64,000 bases of DNA from a virus. Taxonomy: Duplodnaviria; Caudoviricetes. The notes under the pieces were generated by a model. The model did no database searches, was not told the DNA's origin, and was given only the letters and a program-made list of their open reading frames with translations. Location: IMG/VR virus record IMGVR_UViG_3300006805_000023; one strand, 5' to 3'. Each line of letters starts with the position of its first letter. The first letter of the stretch is position 1. Made by a program: the position numbers and the translations under genes. This document shows, in pieces, positions 18,391 through 27,750 of this stretch.

Positions 18391-20455
18391 GTCGCAGCCC
18401 CTTTCTCATTTTGACAGCTGGGTGGTTCTCAGCAAGAGACTTGGCCTCCGGCGGGGCTTCACCGGCGGCCTCGACCAGGTTGACTTCCAGTTCCCCACCC
18501 TTGGCGTAGGCCTCGACCAGCTTGGTTCGTGACTCGACCAGCTTGTCTGAGCCCGCAGTCCTGACAAGCGCTTTTGGGAGCGTCTCTGTGATGAGGGGCT
18601 CGCCGGTGTAGCTCTCGATCAGGCTGGTGCGTTTGGAGGTGTGCAGTTCGCTGATCGACTTGACTTCATTGATGATGCTCCTGACGAACTTGGCTCGGAG
18701 GAGCTTCTTGTCCTCGCTCTCCAGTGACTTCATCCTAGTGCTGAGGCCACGAATCAGGCTGTCCACCACCGACTGTTGTTTTGGAGTAGAGCGGCGGCGA
18801 CTTTCAAACAGGTTACCTGACTTCGCCCTAGCCCCAGACATAAGGGGAGCCTTCGGAGGAGCCCCATCAACCGGTTCAGCCTCGGAGCCGGAACCGTCTG
18901 GCATTTCGAGGTCGTCCATACCGTCTCCGGCCTCGTCCCCCATATCACCAAGGTCGTCCATCCCACCCATCCCGCCAAGGCCACCGCCTCCAGCGCCACC
19001 GGCGGAGTCCTGATCTGTGCCGAGAGCGCGGGCCACACTGGTGCCGAGCTTGGCGATGTCGATGAAATAGCGAGGCACCGAGAGGTACTCACGGAAAACA
19101 AGGTCGATGATCTCGCGGTTCGGGATCTCAAGCTGCTGGCACAACGTGGCGATTGTGTTGGCGAGGTTGGCCTGCTTCTCCAAGATAGCAACGTTGACCT
19201 CTTCCTCGATGGTCGAGATCCGGCTCATCTTGACCTTGATGTTGTAACGGGTCGGGTCCTTACCGGAAAGGGCGAGGTGGATCTGGCCCAGCCGGTAGAA
19301 GCCAGCCACTAGGATGCGCCGAATGTTGCGGACCATGCGGGCAAACCGGATGTCCTGACTGACCAACGAAGACGAGGCCAGACTGGAGCCTTCGTCGTCC
19401 TGACCCATATAGGTCTTGGGGATGCGAGCGCCACCGTAGAGCTGCTTGAGGAGCTGCTCAATGTCGGGGACGTCGGGGACGTCCTTGTCGCCGACCATGC
19501 TGGTGATCTCCGTCGTGTCGTCGTTGCCACGCTTTGGCAGGAACAACATCGACTCCAGGGCTGGAGGGTTGTAGCGTGACTCCATGTTCCCAGCCGACAG
19601 CATGACGTGCTGGTTGCGCAGCATGTGGGCGAACAGGTGAATCGACTCCATGGAGTCCGTGATGTCCTGCTCTTTGGTGTCGATGATGACGGCGTGCCGG
19701 GTAGGCATCGTGTGACGGCGGTAGAGCACCATCTGGTCGATGGACTGGTCGATCTTGCGCCACAGCGAGTAGAGCTTGTCCATGATCGCCACCCCATACT
19801 CGGTGTCGGACCGATACAGGCGGCGAAAGTGAATGAAGGACCACGGCGGAAAGATCTCCTTGTGGGAGGGGTAGAGGACATCCTCATCGCGAGGCTTCTG
19901 GCCGTCCCACAAAAACCCAATCAGACGGCGGGTGGTCTTGTCCCACAGACGCCGGACCGGCATCCGGGCTGAGTTGGCTGAGTCAGCACGTGGAATCCCG
20001 ACCAGTTGTTGAACCCCGTTGTCGTTGTACAGGATGCGTCGAAACTCGTTGCCAGTACCGGCGGCCCCCATGACAATGCTAGGCAGGTGCTCCTCGGAGT
20101 TGATCCGATCGAGCATTGCGTTGAGGTCCTTCTCGATCTCACCGTCGTCGCACTCATACCAGAGAGCGCGCCCCTTGTTGATGTCTGGCTGGCAGGTCTC
20201 CTCGGCGTACACCTCAAGCATTGGCCCGACCAGCTCAGAGTCGGACATCGCCAGCATGTCGCCATAGCGGGACTCTGGCGAGGCGTTGGAGTTCTGGCGC
20301 GCTAGGCCCTGGTCCTCATTGCCAGAACCGGCAATCTGGCTACCAACACCAGCCCTGCCCTTGACTTCATCCTTGGTAAGGTTAACGGGGGACGAGCTAT
20401 ACCAGCCAAACAGGCCTTGAAGCCCTGCCAGGATGCCTATCTTGGGAGTTTCCAT
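18377..20455 (-). CDS. portal protein (T4 gp20-like) with long C-terminal extension
   Basis: IHFRR...YG.AI.DK...LWRK......DQMVLYR, GDKDVPD..DIE....QLYGGARIPK, DIRFARMV..IR. Confidence 0.88.
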   Translation of the reverse strand: METPKIGILAGLQGLFGWYSSSPVNLTKDEVKGRAGVGSQIAGSGNEDQGLARQNSNASPESRYGDMLAMSDSELVGPMLEVYAEETCQPDINKGRALWYECDDGEIEKDLNAMLDRINSEEHLPSIVMGAAGTGNEFRRILYNDNGVQQLVGIPRADSANSARMPVRRLWDKTTRRLIGFLWDGQKPRDEDVLYPSHKEIFPPWSFIHFRRLYRSDTEYGVAIMDKLYSLWRKIDQSIDQMVLYRRHTMPTRHAVIIDTKEQDITDSMESIHLFAHMLRNQHVMLSAGNMESRYNPPALESMLFLPKRGNDDTTEITSMVGDKDVPDVPDIEQLLKQLYGGARIPKTYMGQDDEGSSLASSSLVSQDIRFARMVRNIRRILVAGFYRLGQIHLALSGKDPTRYNIKVKMSRISTIEEEVNVAILEKQANLANTIATLCQQLEIPNREIIDLVFREYLSVPRYFIDIAKLGTSVARALGTDQDSAGGAGGGGLGGMGGMDDLGDMGDEAGDGMDDLEMPDGSGSEAEPVDGAPPKAPLMSGARAKSGNLFESRRRSTPKQQSVVDSLIRGLSTRMKSLESEDKKLLRAKFVRSIINEVKSISELHTSKRTSLIESYTGEPLITETLPKALVRTAGSDKLVESRTKLVEAYAKGGELEVNLVEAAGEAPPEAKSLAENHPAVKMRKGLRHGSA

Positions 20456-20480
20456 CAGGAGTCAGTGCTGTAGAGAGGGG

Positions 20481-21086
20481 TTATTTGGCACGACGAGCTG
20501 TCACAGCCTCACGGTGGAGACGCATGAAGCTGCCACGACCGTAGCCAGCGGTGCGACATTCGGCCAGAGGGTTGCGGGCCTTAGGTTTCACGCTGGAAAG
20601 CTGCGGCTGCGGCGGCTCCTGAGGCTTCTCGATGGAACTTTTCCGGATGTCATCGGCCCGTGATTCAAGGTCGGCGTTCGGCAGATCAGCCACGGACTTG
20701 ATTCCAAGGAACTCAGCCAGCGGCTGGTCCCCGATCTCGTCCAGAAACATTGCGAAGGCCAGCTGGTTGGGCTCCCATTTGGCAACACCAAGCTGGCTGG
20801 ACTCGGTACCCTTGAACAGGGACATCAGGTCAGAGGTGAGACCCTGAGCATCCTTAGAATTGAGGTTGCCATCTTCACGGTACAGGTCGTACAACCTGAT
20901 GAAGATCTTGAGGGCCGTCTTGTTGGTCTTCAGGAAGTCCTTGAAACCAGACAGTTCGTCTGGCTCGGAGCTGGTAATGCTCGCCAGATCATCTTCTGGT
21001 TCAGGCGCTGCGGGTGTGTCCAGTTCAGAGCTGCCTGGAGCGTCAGCAGGCTCCAAGTCGTCGGTCAAGGTCTCGATTAGTCTCAT
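20481..21086 (-). CDS. hypothetical protein, candidate head protein
   Basis: TAGGTAT 7 nt upstream; N-terminal RLIET motif; directly upstream of the portal gene. Confidence 0.65.
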   Translation of the reverse strand: MRLIETLTDDLEPADAPGSSELDTPAAPEPEDDLASITSSEPDELSGFKDFLKTNKTALKIFIRLYDLYREDGNLNSKDAQGLTSDLMSLFKGTESSQLGVAKWEPNQLAFAMFLDEIGDQPLAEFLGIKSVADLPNADLESRADDIRKSSIEKPQEPPQPQLSSVKPKARNPLAECRTAGYGRGSFMRLHREAVTARRAK

Positions 21087-21101
21087 CGTGCTGATACCTA
21101 G

Positions 21102-22097
21102 TCAGTCATCCGCTGTCCTGTCGAGGCTCTGGCTGGACGCCACAAAACCGGCCATGAGATCATTCAAGTCAGGACCGTGGCGAGTAGCCGGAGGACGCTT
21201 CGGAGCATCTTCCTCCTCTGACTCTTCTGACTTCCACCAGTAAGCAGGTAGCACCTCAAGGTCTTGCTTGACTGCGTAGTCGCCTACCAGCTTGCGCAGA
21301 CGCCGGTCCCGGTCGGCCAGCGATACCGAGGAGGCCACGATGATGGCTCCGTTGACCTTCTCTGCGAACTCAACGTTGTTACTGACCAGCTGGAAGTGCA
21401 TATCCTCCTTGATGACCGTCCCGATCTTGTGTTGCTGCAGCCAGCCGTAGGTGGCCTCTTCGATCGCAGTAGCAGCGGCCTCAAACAACAGCTCACGCAG
21501 TGGTTTGGAGGAGGCAAGACGAGCCTTTTCGTAAGAAAGGACCTCCATGATCGGTTTGGGGCGCAGCATGGCCGACAGACATGGCGCGGTGCCTTCCGTC
21601 CAGGTCTCGTGAATGCTGGAGTAACCCTTGAAACGGCCTAGGTTAACCGAAGCGATCATCCACCACACTGAGGGCTTCATGGCCGCCGGGTCGGGAGGTC
21701 CGTAGCTCAGAGCACCCTCCAGCCACTGCACCTCACCGGACAAGATGTCCGACCGCATCATCCCAGCGAAGGTCTCGTGCGACGACCCGGCGTTGATGAT
21801 GAACCTGAGCTTGTCGCGCCATGTAGTCAGGTACTCCAGGCTCGACTCGGCGACCAAGTAGGAGTTGGCGAAGAATGGCGCTCGTGGTGGCTTGTTGAGT
21901 CCGCTCCCGGTGCGCAGCAGGTAGGCTGCCACTTGGTCTTCCAGGAACTCCTTGGCCGGTCCGAAGAAGGGCTCCAGTTTCTCGATCTCGATGAGGACCT
22001 CATCAGACGGCATCCACCCTCCATCGGTTGGAGGAACCCCAACTACACGGGTATATTGCTTAGTGAGTATTTCGCGTGCCTGGATGGCGATCATCAT
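21102..22097 (-). CDS. hypothetical protein
   Basis: Long ORF in the portal operon (TTG 22115 or ATG 22097). Confidence 0.65.
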   Translation of the reverse strand: MMIAIQAREILTKQYTRVVGVPPTDGGWMPSDEVLIEIEKLEPFFGPAKEFLEDQVAAYLLRTGSGLNKPPRAPFFANSYLVAESSLEYLTTWRDKLRFIINAGSSHETFAGMMRSDILSGEVQWLEGALSYGPPDPAAMKPSVWWMIASVNLGRFKGYSSIHETWTEGTAPCLSAMLRPKPIMEVLSYEKARLASSKPLRELLFEAAATAIEEATYGWLQQHKIGTVIKEDMHFQLVSNNVEFAEKVNGAIIVASSVSLADRDRRLRKLVGDYAVKQDLEVLPAYWWKSEESEEEDAPKRPPATRHGPDLNDLMAGFVASSQSLDRTADD

Positions 22098-22121
22098 GTC
22101 AGAACTAGAAACCAAGTCTGA

Positions 22122-22343
22122 CTAGTGATCACCGGGCGGAGCCACCATGGTGAGCTTGCCAACCACGGTGACCTTGATAATCTCCCTGAGCGACGGGTGC
22201 CGATCGCGGGCTGCCCTCCTGGCATTGGCCTCAGCAGCCGCTAGGTTTGGAGCAGAGCCCTCCCAGCGCCATAGCGTCTTGAACAGACCCCCTCTGGTGA
22301 GGTTGTCGAACCCTAGTTCAAGATCTGCCAAGTACTCGGCCAT
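22122..22343 (-). CDS. small hypothetical protein
   Basis: TAAGTAT 5 nt upstream of the ATG. Confidence 0.55.
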   Translation of the reverse strand: MAEYLADLELGFDNLTRGGLFKTLWRWEGSAPNLAAAEANARRAARDRHPSLREIIKVTVVGKLTMVAPPGDH

Positions 22344-22759
22344 ATCTCATACTTAGTGTGGCCGTCGAACGTGGAGCCGATACTGGTTCTACGTGTGCGC
22401 GCACGCGCTCGCTGGCCGCGCTGGCTCGCGTGCGCGATTCCCTCTTAAACGTGATTTCTGTTATAGCTTTAGCTTTGAAACGGAGTGAACAAGAAGATGA
22501 TGGTAGAACAGAAGATCACCTCTCTCCCCCTCCACGGCCCACGGAGTGGGGCGGAAACCCAACTTGTTGGGTTGTTAAGAAGGGACATAACCTTAAAAAG
22601 TAAACGCGAGCGCGAGCGGCCCGCTGGCTGGCTCCGGCATGTGACTCGCCTAGCGGCGAGGACGGCCCCCACTCCGTGGGGCCGGGTGGCGGTTGGATGG
22701 AGACGATGCAATGTGGCAGCAGGCTGCACTGTTTGGTTTTCTTGGCTGGTCCCCACACC
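22344..22759. other. largest non-coding gap, with inverted repeats; candidate replication origin or structured RNA
   Basis: Divergence point between the portal operon and DNA polymerase; 14-bp inverted repeat, several hairpins, AT-rich patches. Confidence 0.4.
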
Positions 22760-25627
22760 ATGAGCAAAGTCCTAAAGCAGCCCGTTATGTCCGGGCCTGA
22801 GCATCCACCATCCGAGGAGCATCCGGCCTGCATTAAGTGCGCCTTGTTCAAGACTGCCGAGACCCCGTTCTGGGACTCCTTCTACGAGCAGGACGGCAAG
22901 ATCAAGATGGGGATGCCCGATTACCCGGTGAACGGTGGCTGGGTGATGGTAGTCGGCGACGGGATCTCCAAGGAAATGGACGAGGAGGAGAAGCCGACCG
23001 ACCTTAGCGTGCTGATCAAGCACCTACGGAGCATGGGTCTCAACAACCGCGTTGTCTATGTGCCAGGCACGCTCTGTGTGGCCCCGGACGGTACCGAGGG
23101 ACGCAAACGCAACCTCAAGAAGCCAGAGATCAGCCGCTGCTTCGGTCACCATATCCGGTGGCGGGTGGACTACCTGAAGAACATCGGCCTGTGTGGGCTG
23201 ATTGCCGCCGGTCCCGTGGCGTCCTATAGTCTGCTGGGCCACATGGACTCCAAGCAGTGGGGGCAGCGCAAGCCCTACGTCCACGACCACGACATCCCGG
23301 TGATCGGGACGATTGACGTGGAGGCGACTCTGGTTGCTCCGACCAAGCGCCCCCTGCTGATTACGCAGCTCCAGTTTGCTGTGGACTCCTTGGAAGGGCG
23401 CATCGCAGCTACTGACCGTCACCAGGTCGCCTACACAGTGGCGTGGTCTCCTGAAGAGTTCGATGCTTGGTTTGAAGGTCTGGACCTGCGCAAGCCGCTA
23501 ATGTGGGACGTGGAATCCAGTGGGGTCAAGCCCTTCGCAGCTGGTTACCGTCTGGGCGTGTTTTCCTTCTACCACCCGTCCCGCGACAAGGTTCTGATCG
23601 TGGCGACTCCGGACTACAAGCATGCTCACGACAAGTATTCAGACTGGGTGGATGCTGCCCTGGAACGCTTGGAACAGGGCTCCGAAGAGGATGTGCCGTG
23701 CAACAGTTTCGACCAGCAGTGGCGCAAGATGGAGCCAAAGGTCAAGAAGGTGATCGAGGCTGAGGAGTACAAGAAGCTGGGTCACAATCAGCAGTTCGAT
23801 GATGTGTCGGTGTATGCCAGGTACCGCTGGCAGATGGGCGGCTACTTCAACGACACGATGATCATGAACTACCTGTTGACGCCGGACGAAAAGCGCAACG
23901 GTTTGGAGGCTCTGGTCCAGAAGTGGTATCCGGAGGCCGACGGTTACTGGGACGCTCTGGACGAATATAAGAGCCAGTACAACCCAGAGTCTTACATGGA
24001 GATTCCGTGGGACGTCTTGGTGCCTTACGCGGCCTACGACACCTGGGTGCTGTGGCCGGTGTTCATGGCGATCCTCAACGAGTTCAAGAGGCTGGATGAC
24101 GAAGAGTATGGCGGCCTGTTCGTGAGGCGCACCGAGGGTGGAGTGATCCAGCCCACCTACTCGCTCCTTGAGTATGCGATGTTTGGCCGGAAGATTCACC
24201 AACGGATGTGCACCGAGCTGGAGAAGACCGGAGCACCGATCGACACCGAGCTGCTGCCACGCATTTACGACGAGTACAACAGGCAGCGTGATGCTTTGGC
24301 CGTCAAGCTCAACTCCCATCAGGACGTCGTAGCCTTCTGCTCCGAGGTCCTAGGACCACAGGCCAAGAAGGGAACCCCGAACTTCAAGCTGTGGAAGGCA
24401 GGCGAGATCCCAGAGCTCAACTGGGGCTCGCCGGTCCAGCTCAAGACCTTCTTCCTTGACTACCTCGGAATGAGCACTGACCGCCGGACCAAGACCGGCG
24501 GTGTCAGCCTGGATGAAACGGCCCTGCTGGGTATGATGACGGAGCACGAGATCGTCAAGATCCTGCTGGACTGGCGCGGAGCCGACAAGTTCGTGACCTC
24601 CTTCCTCGATCCGCTCATCGAAAAGCGCGTGCTGTGGCCGGACGGACTCACCCACGCCTCCTTCAGGCCGTCCGGCACCGAGACCAGCCGTCTCGCAGTG
24701 TCCAGCCCGAACGTCCAGGCCATCCCGCGTGACGGCTTGGTCAAGAAGCTCTACTGCCCACGCGACCGTGCCAAGGGCTGGCTGGTGACACGCGATTATT
24801 CAGGCCTCGAAGTCCGCGTGATGGCTTGTATGGCGTCCGATGAATCGCTGATTCACACCTTCATGACGGGTGGTGACCCCCACTTCAACACGCAGCGCCA
24901 CTTCTTCCACGACAAAGCTGACAAGAAGAATAAGACCCAGCGCTCGATTTGCAAGCAGGCCCTGTTCGGGCGAATTTACGGCCAGACCGCCAAGGGTCTG
25001 TATGAACTACTGCTCGGAAACGGTGTGATGAACCCCGACACCGGCCTCCCGATCACTATGGAGGAAGCCGAGGCCTTCAACCAGATGCTGGACGACGCCT
25101 ATCCGGCCATCGCCAGCTGGGTCAACGCCTCTCACCGCTTCTCGATCGCTACCAAATACGTGGCGTCGCCCTTCGGATTCGTCCGCCCTCTGGACGCCCT
25201 GCAGGACCACGCCACCTTCCTGACCCGGAAGCGTGAAAAGGGTTGCTGGGACAATCAGCGCTTCCGCAAGCTCTCCAGCGCTATCTCGAAGGACCTCAGG
25301 CGTGCTCAGAACTGTGTGGATGCTGAGACCGAGTGTCTTACTGCCGAAGGCTGGAAAACCTATGATAAGCTGGCAGCCGGTGAGCTAATCATGACGAAAA
25401 ACCCGGATACCGGAATCCTGGAGTGGCACCCGATCCTGAAGATGAACGTCTTCGAGGAATCGTCCACGCCGGTATGGGAAGTCGAGACCAACGCCTTCTC
25501 GGCCTGCGTTACCCCGAACCACCGCTGGCTGGTGACGACCCGCAAGCGTGGCGGCAAGGGTAAGCCAACCCAGTATGTCGATGAAATCTTGACGATGGAG
25601 CAGATGGTAGCCTCGAAGGGCTTCTAG
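22760..25627 (+). CDS. polA: family A DNA polymerase, N-terminal part (UDG-like domain, 3'-5' exonuclease, motifs A and B, N-terminal intein part)
   Basis: CIKC..., WDVESSG (ExoI), GHNQQFD (ExoII), YAAYD (ExoIII), RDYSGLEVR (motif A), KQALFGRIYG (motif B); ends at TAG 25625-25627. Confidence 0.93.
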   Translation: MSKVLKQPVMSGPEHPPSEEHPACIKCALFKTAETPFWDSFYEQDGKIKMGMPDYPVNGGWVMVVGDGISKEMDEEEKPTDLSVLIKHLRSMGLNNRVVYVPGTLCVAPDGTEGRKRNLKKPEISRCFGHHIRWRVDYLKNIGLCGLIAAGPVASYSLLGHMDSKQWGQRKPYVHDHDIPVIGTIDVEATLVAPTKRPLLITQLQFAVDSLEGRIAATDRHQVAYTVAWSPEEFDAWFEGLDLRKPLMWDVESSGVKPFAAGYRLGVFSFYHPSRDKVLIVATPDYKHAHDKYSDWVDAALERLEQGSEEDVPCNSFDQQWRKMEPKVKKVIEAEEYKKLGHNQQFDDVSVYARYRWQMGGYFNDTMIMNYLLTPDEKRNGLEALVQKWYPEADGYWDALDEYKSQYNPESYMEIPWDVLVPYAAYDTWVLWPVFMAILNEFKRLDDEEYGGLFVRRTEGGVIQPTYSLLEYAMFGRKIHQRMCTELEKTGAPIDTELLPRIYDEYNRQRDALAVKLNSHQDVVAFCSEVLGPQAKKGTPNFKLWKAGEIPELNWGSPVQLKTFFLDYLGMSTDRRTKTGGVSLDETALLGMMTEHEIVKILLDWRGADKFVTSFLDPLIEKRVLWPDGLTHASFRPSGTETSRLAVSSPNVQAIPRDGLVKKLYCPRDRAKGWLVTRDYSGLEVRVMACMASDESLIHTFMTGGDPHFNTQRHFFHDKADKKNKTQRSICKQALFGRIYGQTAKGLYELLLGNGVMNPDTGLPITMEEAEAFNQMLDDAYPAIASWVNASHRFSIATKYVASPFGFVRPLDALQDHATFLTRKREKGCWDNQRFRKLSSAISKDLRRAQNCVDAETECLTAEGWKTYDKLAAGELIMTKNPDTGILEWHPILKMNVFEESSTPVWEVETNAFSACVTPNHRWLVTTRKRGGKGKPTQYVDEILTMEQMVASKGF

Positions 25628-26314
25628 TCTCTGCACCGGACTGGCGAGTGGGAAGGTGCAGACGCCCCTTATTCAGACCGGTTCCTGCAGCTCATCGGGT
25701 GGTATGTGACCGACTCCAGCATCAAGCGTGGAGTGGATGGGAGGTCTTCTACAATTGAAGTCGGTCAGGACTCTTCCAAAAAAGACAACTGCGAGCAGAT
25801 TCGAAGCATCCTTGGCGACTGGGCTATCAGCGAACGCCCGGAAGGGACTTTCTTGCGCTGGCGTGTGAATGTTGCTATCTCAGAGGAGGTCATCAGGCTG
25901 CTACCGCGCCGGAAGCTCACCAACGAGTTCATCAGGTCACTCTCGCAGTTTCAAGCAAGACTCGTGATGAGTGAAATGCTCAAAGGAGATGGCAGCCGTG
26001 GGCGTGTCCTCTATGCTGAGGACCAGGAGGAGGTTGACTTATTTCAGACTCTGGCTTTCATAGCTGGCATCGCCACCAACGCTGGTTGGCGTGACATGTC
26101 GAAGTACCCGCCACGTGCCAGCAAAAAGCTTAAGCGTCCGATCATTTCGAAGAAGGGTGGCTACTGGGAAGTTTCGGTTCTCAGCCGTAAGACAGCGCAG
26201 GTCCTGAAGCCACAGGTCAAGATTATCGACGACAAGCGCTTGGTGTGGTGCCCGACCGTGCAGAACAGCACCTGGGTGGCCCGTCGCAAGGGCTGCGTTT
26301 ACGTGACAGGGAAC
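25313..26314 (+). mobile_element. intein in PolA interrupted by one in-frame TAG
   Basis: RRAQN|CVDAETE (block A), VTPNHRW (B), LIGWYVTDS and MLKGDG (LAGLIDADG-like), VWCPTV...VYVTGN|TAIQS (F/G). Confidence 0.9.
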
Positions 26315-26791
26315 ACCGCGATCCAGTCGGCTGCCGGAGACCTCACGGTGTTCGCTGGTTGGCAGATCCGCAACGTCATGAAGGACGTTGGGCTGGACTC
26401 CGAGATCGTCAACATCGTTCACGATGATATTTGGATCAACGTCAACAGCGATGATCAGGTGCCGATGACCACCGCTGTGATGCGTCAGGTCATGGACAAC
26501 TCACCGGACTGGCTCCCCGACATGCTCCCAGGCTATGACCCGTCTTGGATCACGGTGCCGATCATCGGCGAGTGCGACGTCGGGATCAACGCCAAGGACG
26601 CCTTTGGCGCTAAAGAACCTGATTGGGGCGTGGCCGACTCCCGTCTGAAGCTCAAGGTGCCAGGCGTCGTCATCAACAAGATCAACGGGCGCGACCTTGC
26701 GACGGAATGCGAGCCAGACTACGTCGATTTCTTGGATAACTCAGATCTTCTCAGGTCAGTACTCAACGTACAACGTAGCCAGTTCAATTAA
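25706..26791 (+). CDS. polA: family A DNA polymerase, C-terminal part (C-terminal intein part plus motif C), same frame as the N-part
   Basis: 25706-22760 is divisible by 3; contains TAIQSAAGD and IVHDD; the frame is open from 25628. Confidence 0.9.
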   Translation: MTDSSIKRGVDGRSSTIEVGQDSSKKDNCEQIRSILGDWAISERPEGTFLRWRVNVAISEEVIRLLPRRKLTNEFIRSLSQFQARLVMSEMLKGDGSRGRVLYAEDQEEVDLFQTLAFIAGIATNAGWRDMSKYPPRASKKLKRPIISKKGGYWEVSVLSRKTAQVLKPQVKIIDDKRLVWCPTVQNSTWVARRKGCVYVTGNTAIQSAAGDLTVFAGWQIRNVMKDVGLDSEIVNIVHDDIWINVNSDDQVPMTTAVMRQVMDNSPDWLPDMLPGYDPSWITVPIIGECDVGINAKDAFGAKEPDWGVADSRLKLKVPGVVINKINGRDLATECEPDYVDFLDNSDLLRSVLNVQRSQFN

Positions 26792-26803
26792 ACACCCTCT
26801 CTC

Positions 26804-27019
26804 ATGTACTTTCGCCGCATCAAGGAAGCCCTTCTCCTCACCTACTTCGCCACCAACTCAACCGGTAACTTTGTAGCTGCTCTCAAGAAGCTCGACGAAC
26901 GAAACGAGGCATCCTGGCAGGTCGCCACCGGCACTGATCGCAGCCCAGTCATCCGAGAGGAAGGACTCACCATGGAACAGGCCTTCGAGGCCGCTGAGCG
27001 TATCGAAGTCATGGGATAA
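26804..27019 (+). CDS. small hypothetical protein
   Basis: 71-aa ORF directly after the polymerase. Confidence 0.6.
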   Translation: MYFRRIKEALLLTYFATNSTGNFVAALKKLDERNEASWQVATGTDRSPVIREEGLTMEQAFEAAERIEVMG

Positions 27020-27020
27020 C

Positions 27021-27049
27021 TTGACAGGAGCGCGCTCCTGTTGTATGTT
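27021..27049 (+). promoter_or_regulatory. sigma70-like promoter TTGACA-N17-TATGTT containing an 18-bp perfect palindrome
   Basis: ACAGGAGCGCGCTCCTGT at 27024-27041. Confidence 0.8.
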
Positions 27050-27078
27050 ATCTAGTCGTTTCCCACCACACTCCCCCT

Positions 27079-27750
27079 ATGTCAAAACCAACGCCCGCAT
27101 CCGCCCTGTCAGCCTTCGCCAAGAAGGAACCTGCCAAGAAAGTCACCACCCTCACTCTCGATGAGGTCGAGCTGCACAAGCAGGTCCTCGAATACGCCAA
27201 GGCTAAGAAGGCTATGGACGAAGCCGAAGCCGCCCTCAAGAAGTTCAAGCCGGAACTGCGCGACGCCGCCTTGGCGCTCTACGCTGATCACAACGTCGCT
27301 ACCAGTGTTTTCGCTGGCAATGTGGCCTTGCAGTCGCCGTTCGCCGACCTGCGCGTCAACTTCAACAACGGCTACCGGTCCGCTCTGACCAACGAGGCGA
27401 TCGCAGACGCCGAGGCCGCCATCGGCAAGCCTCTCAAGCAGCTGTTCACGACCGCCACGACCACTCTGGTGGACTTCGACAAGCTCCCCAAGGAGCTGCG
27501 CGCCAAGTTCGAGGAAGAGTTCCTGCACCTGTTTGAGAAGTATGACGCCGTCGGAGCCGTCACTCTCAAGTCGGTCAACACCGTCGTGGAAGACTTCAAT
27601 CAGAAGGTGCTCAAGGTCCTCACCGCTGACGAGATCGTGGTGCTCGACCAGTCCCTGCCGATCCCAGCCACCTTCACGGTGACCCGCCTGGAGTCCCCCG
27701 AATTCATCACCGCAGCTCTCCTGAAGCTGCAACAGGGGGCTCAGGCATGA
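27079..27750 (+). CDS. hypothetical protein
   Basis: 223-aa ORF with strongly biased codon usage; coupled to the ligase gene. Confidence 0.75.
   Translation: MSKPTPASALSAFAKKEPAKKVTTLTLDEVELHKQVLEYAKAKKAMDEAEAALKKFKPELRDAALALYADHNVATSVFAGNVALQSPFADLRVNFNNGYRSALTNEAIADAEAAIGKPLKQLFTTATTTLVDFDKLPKELRAKFEEEFLHLFEKYDAVGAVTLKSVNTVVEDFNQKVLKVLTADEIVVLDQSLPIPATFTVTRLESPEFITAALLKLQQGAQA

Noticed and set aside
22760-23450. SPO1-like hydroxymethyluracil DNA inferred from the UDG-PolA fusion
   Set aside because: No dUMP hydroxymethylase or related pathway gene in this window, so it cannot be supported
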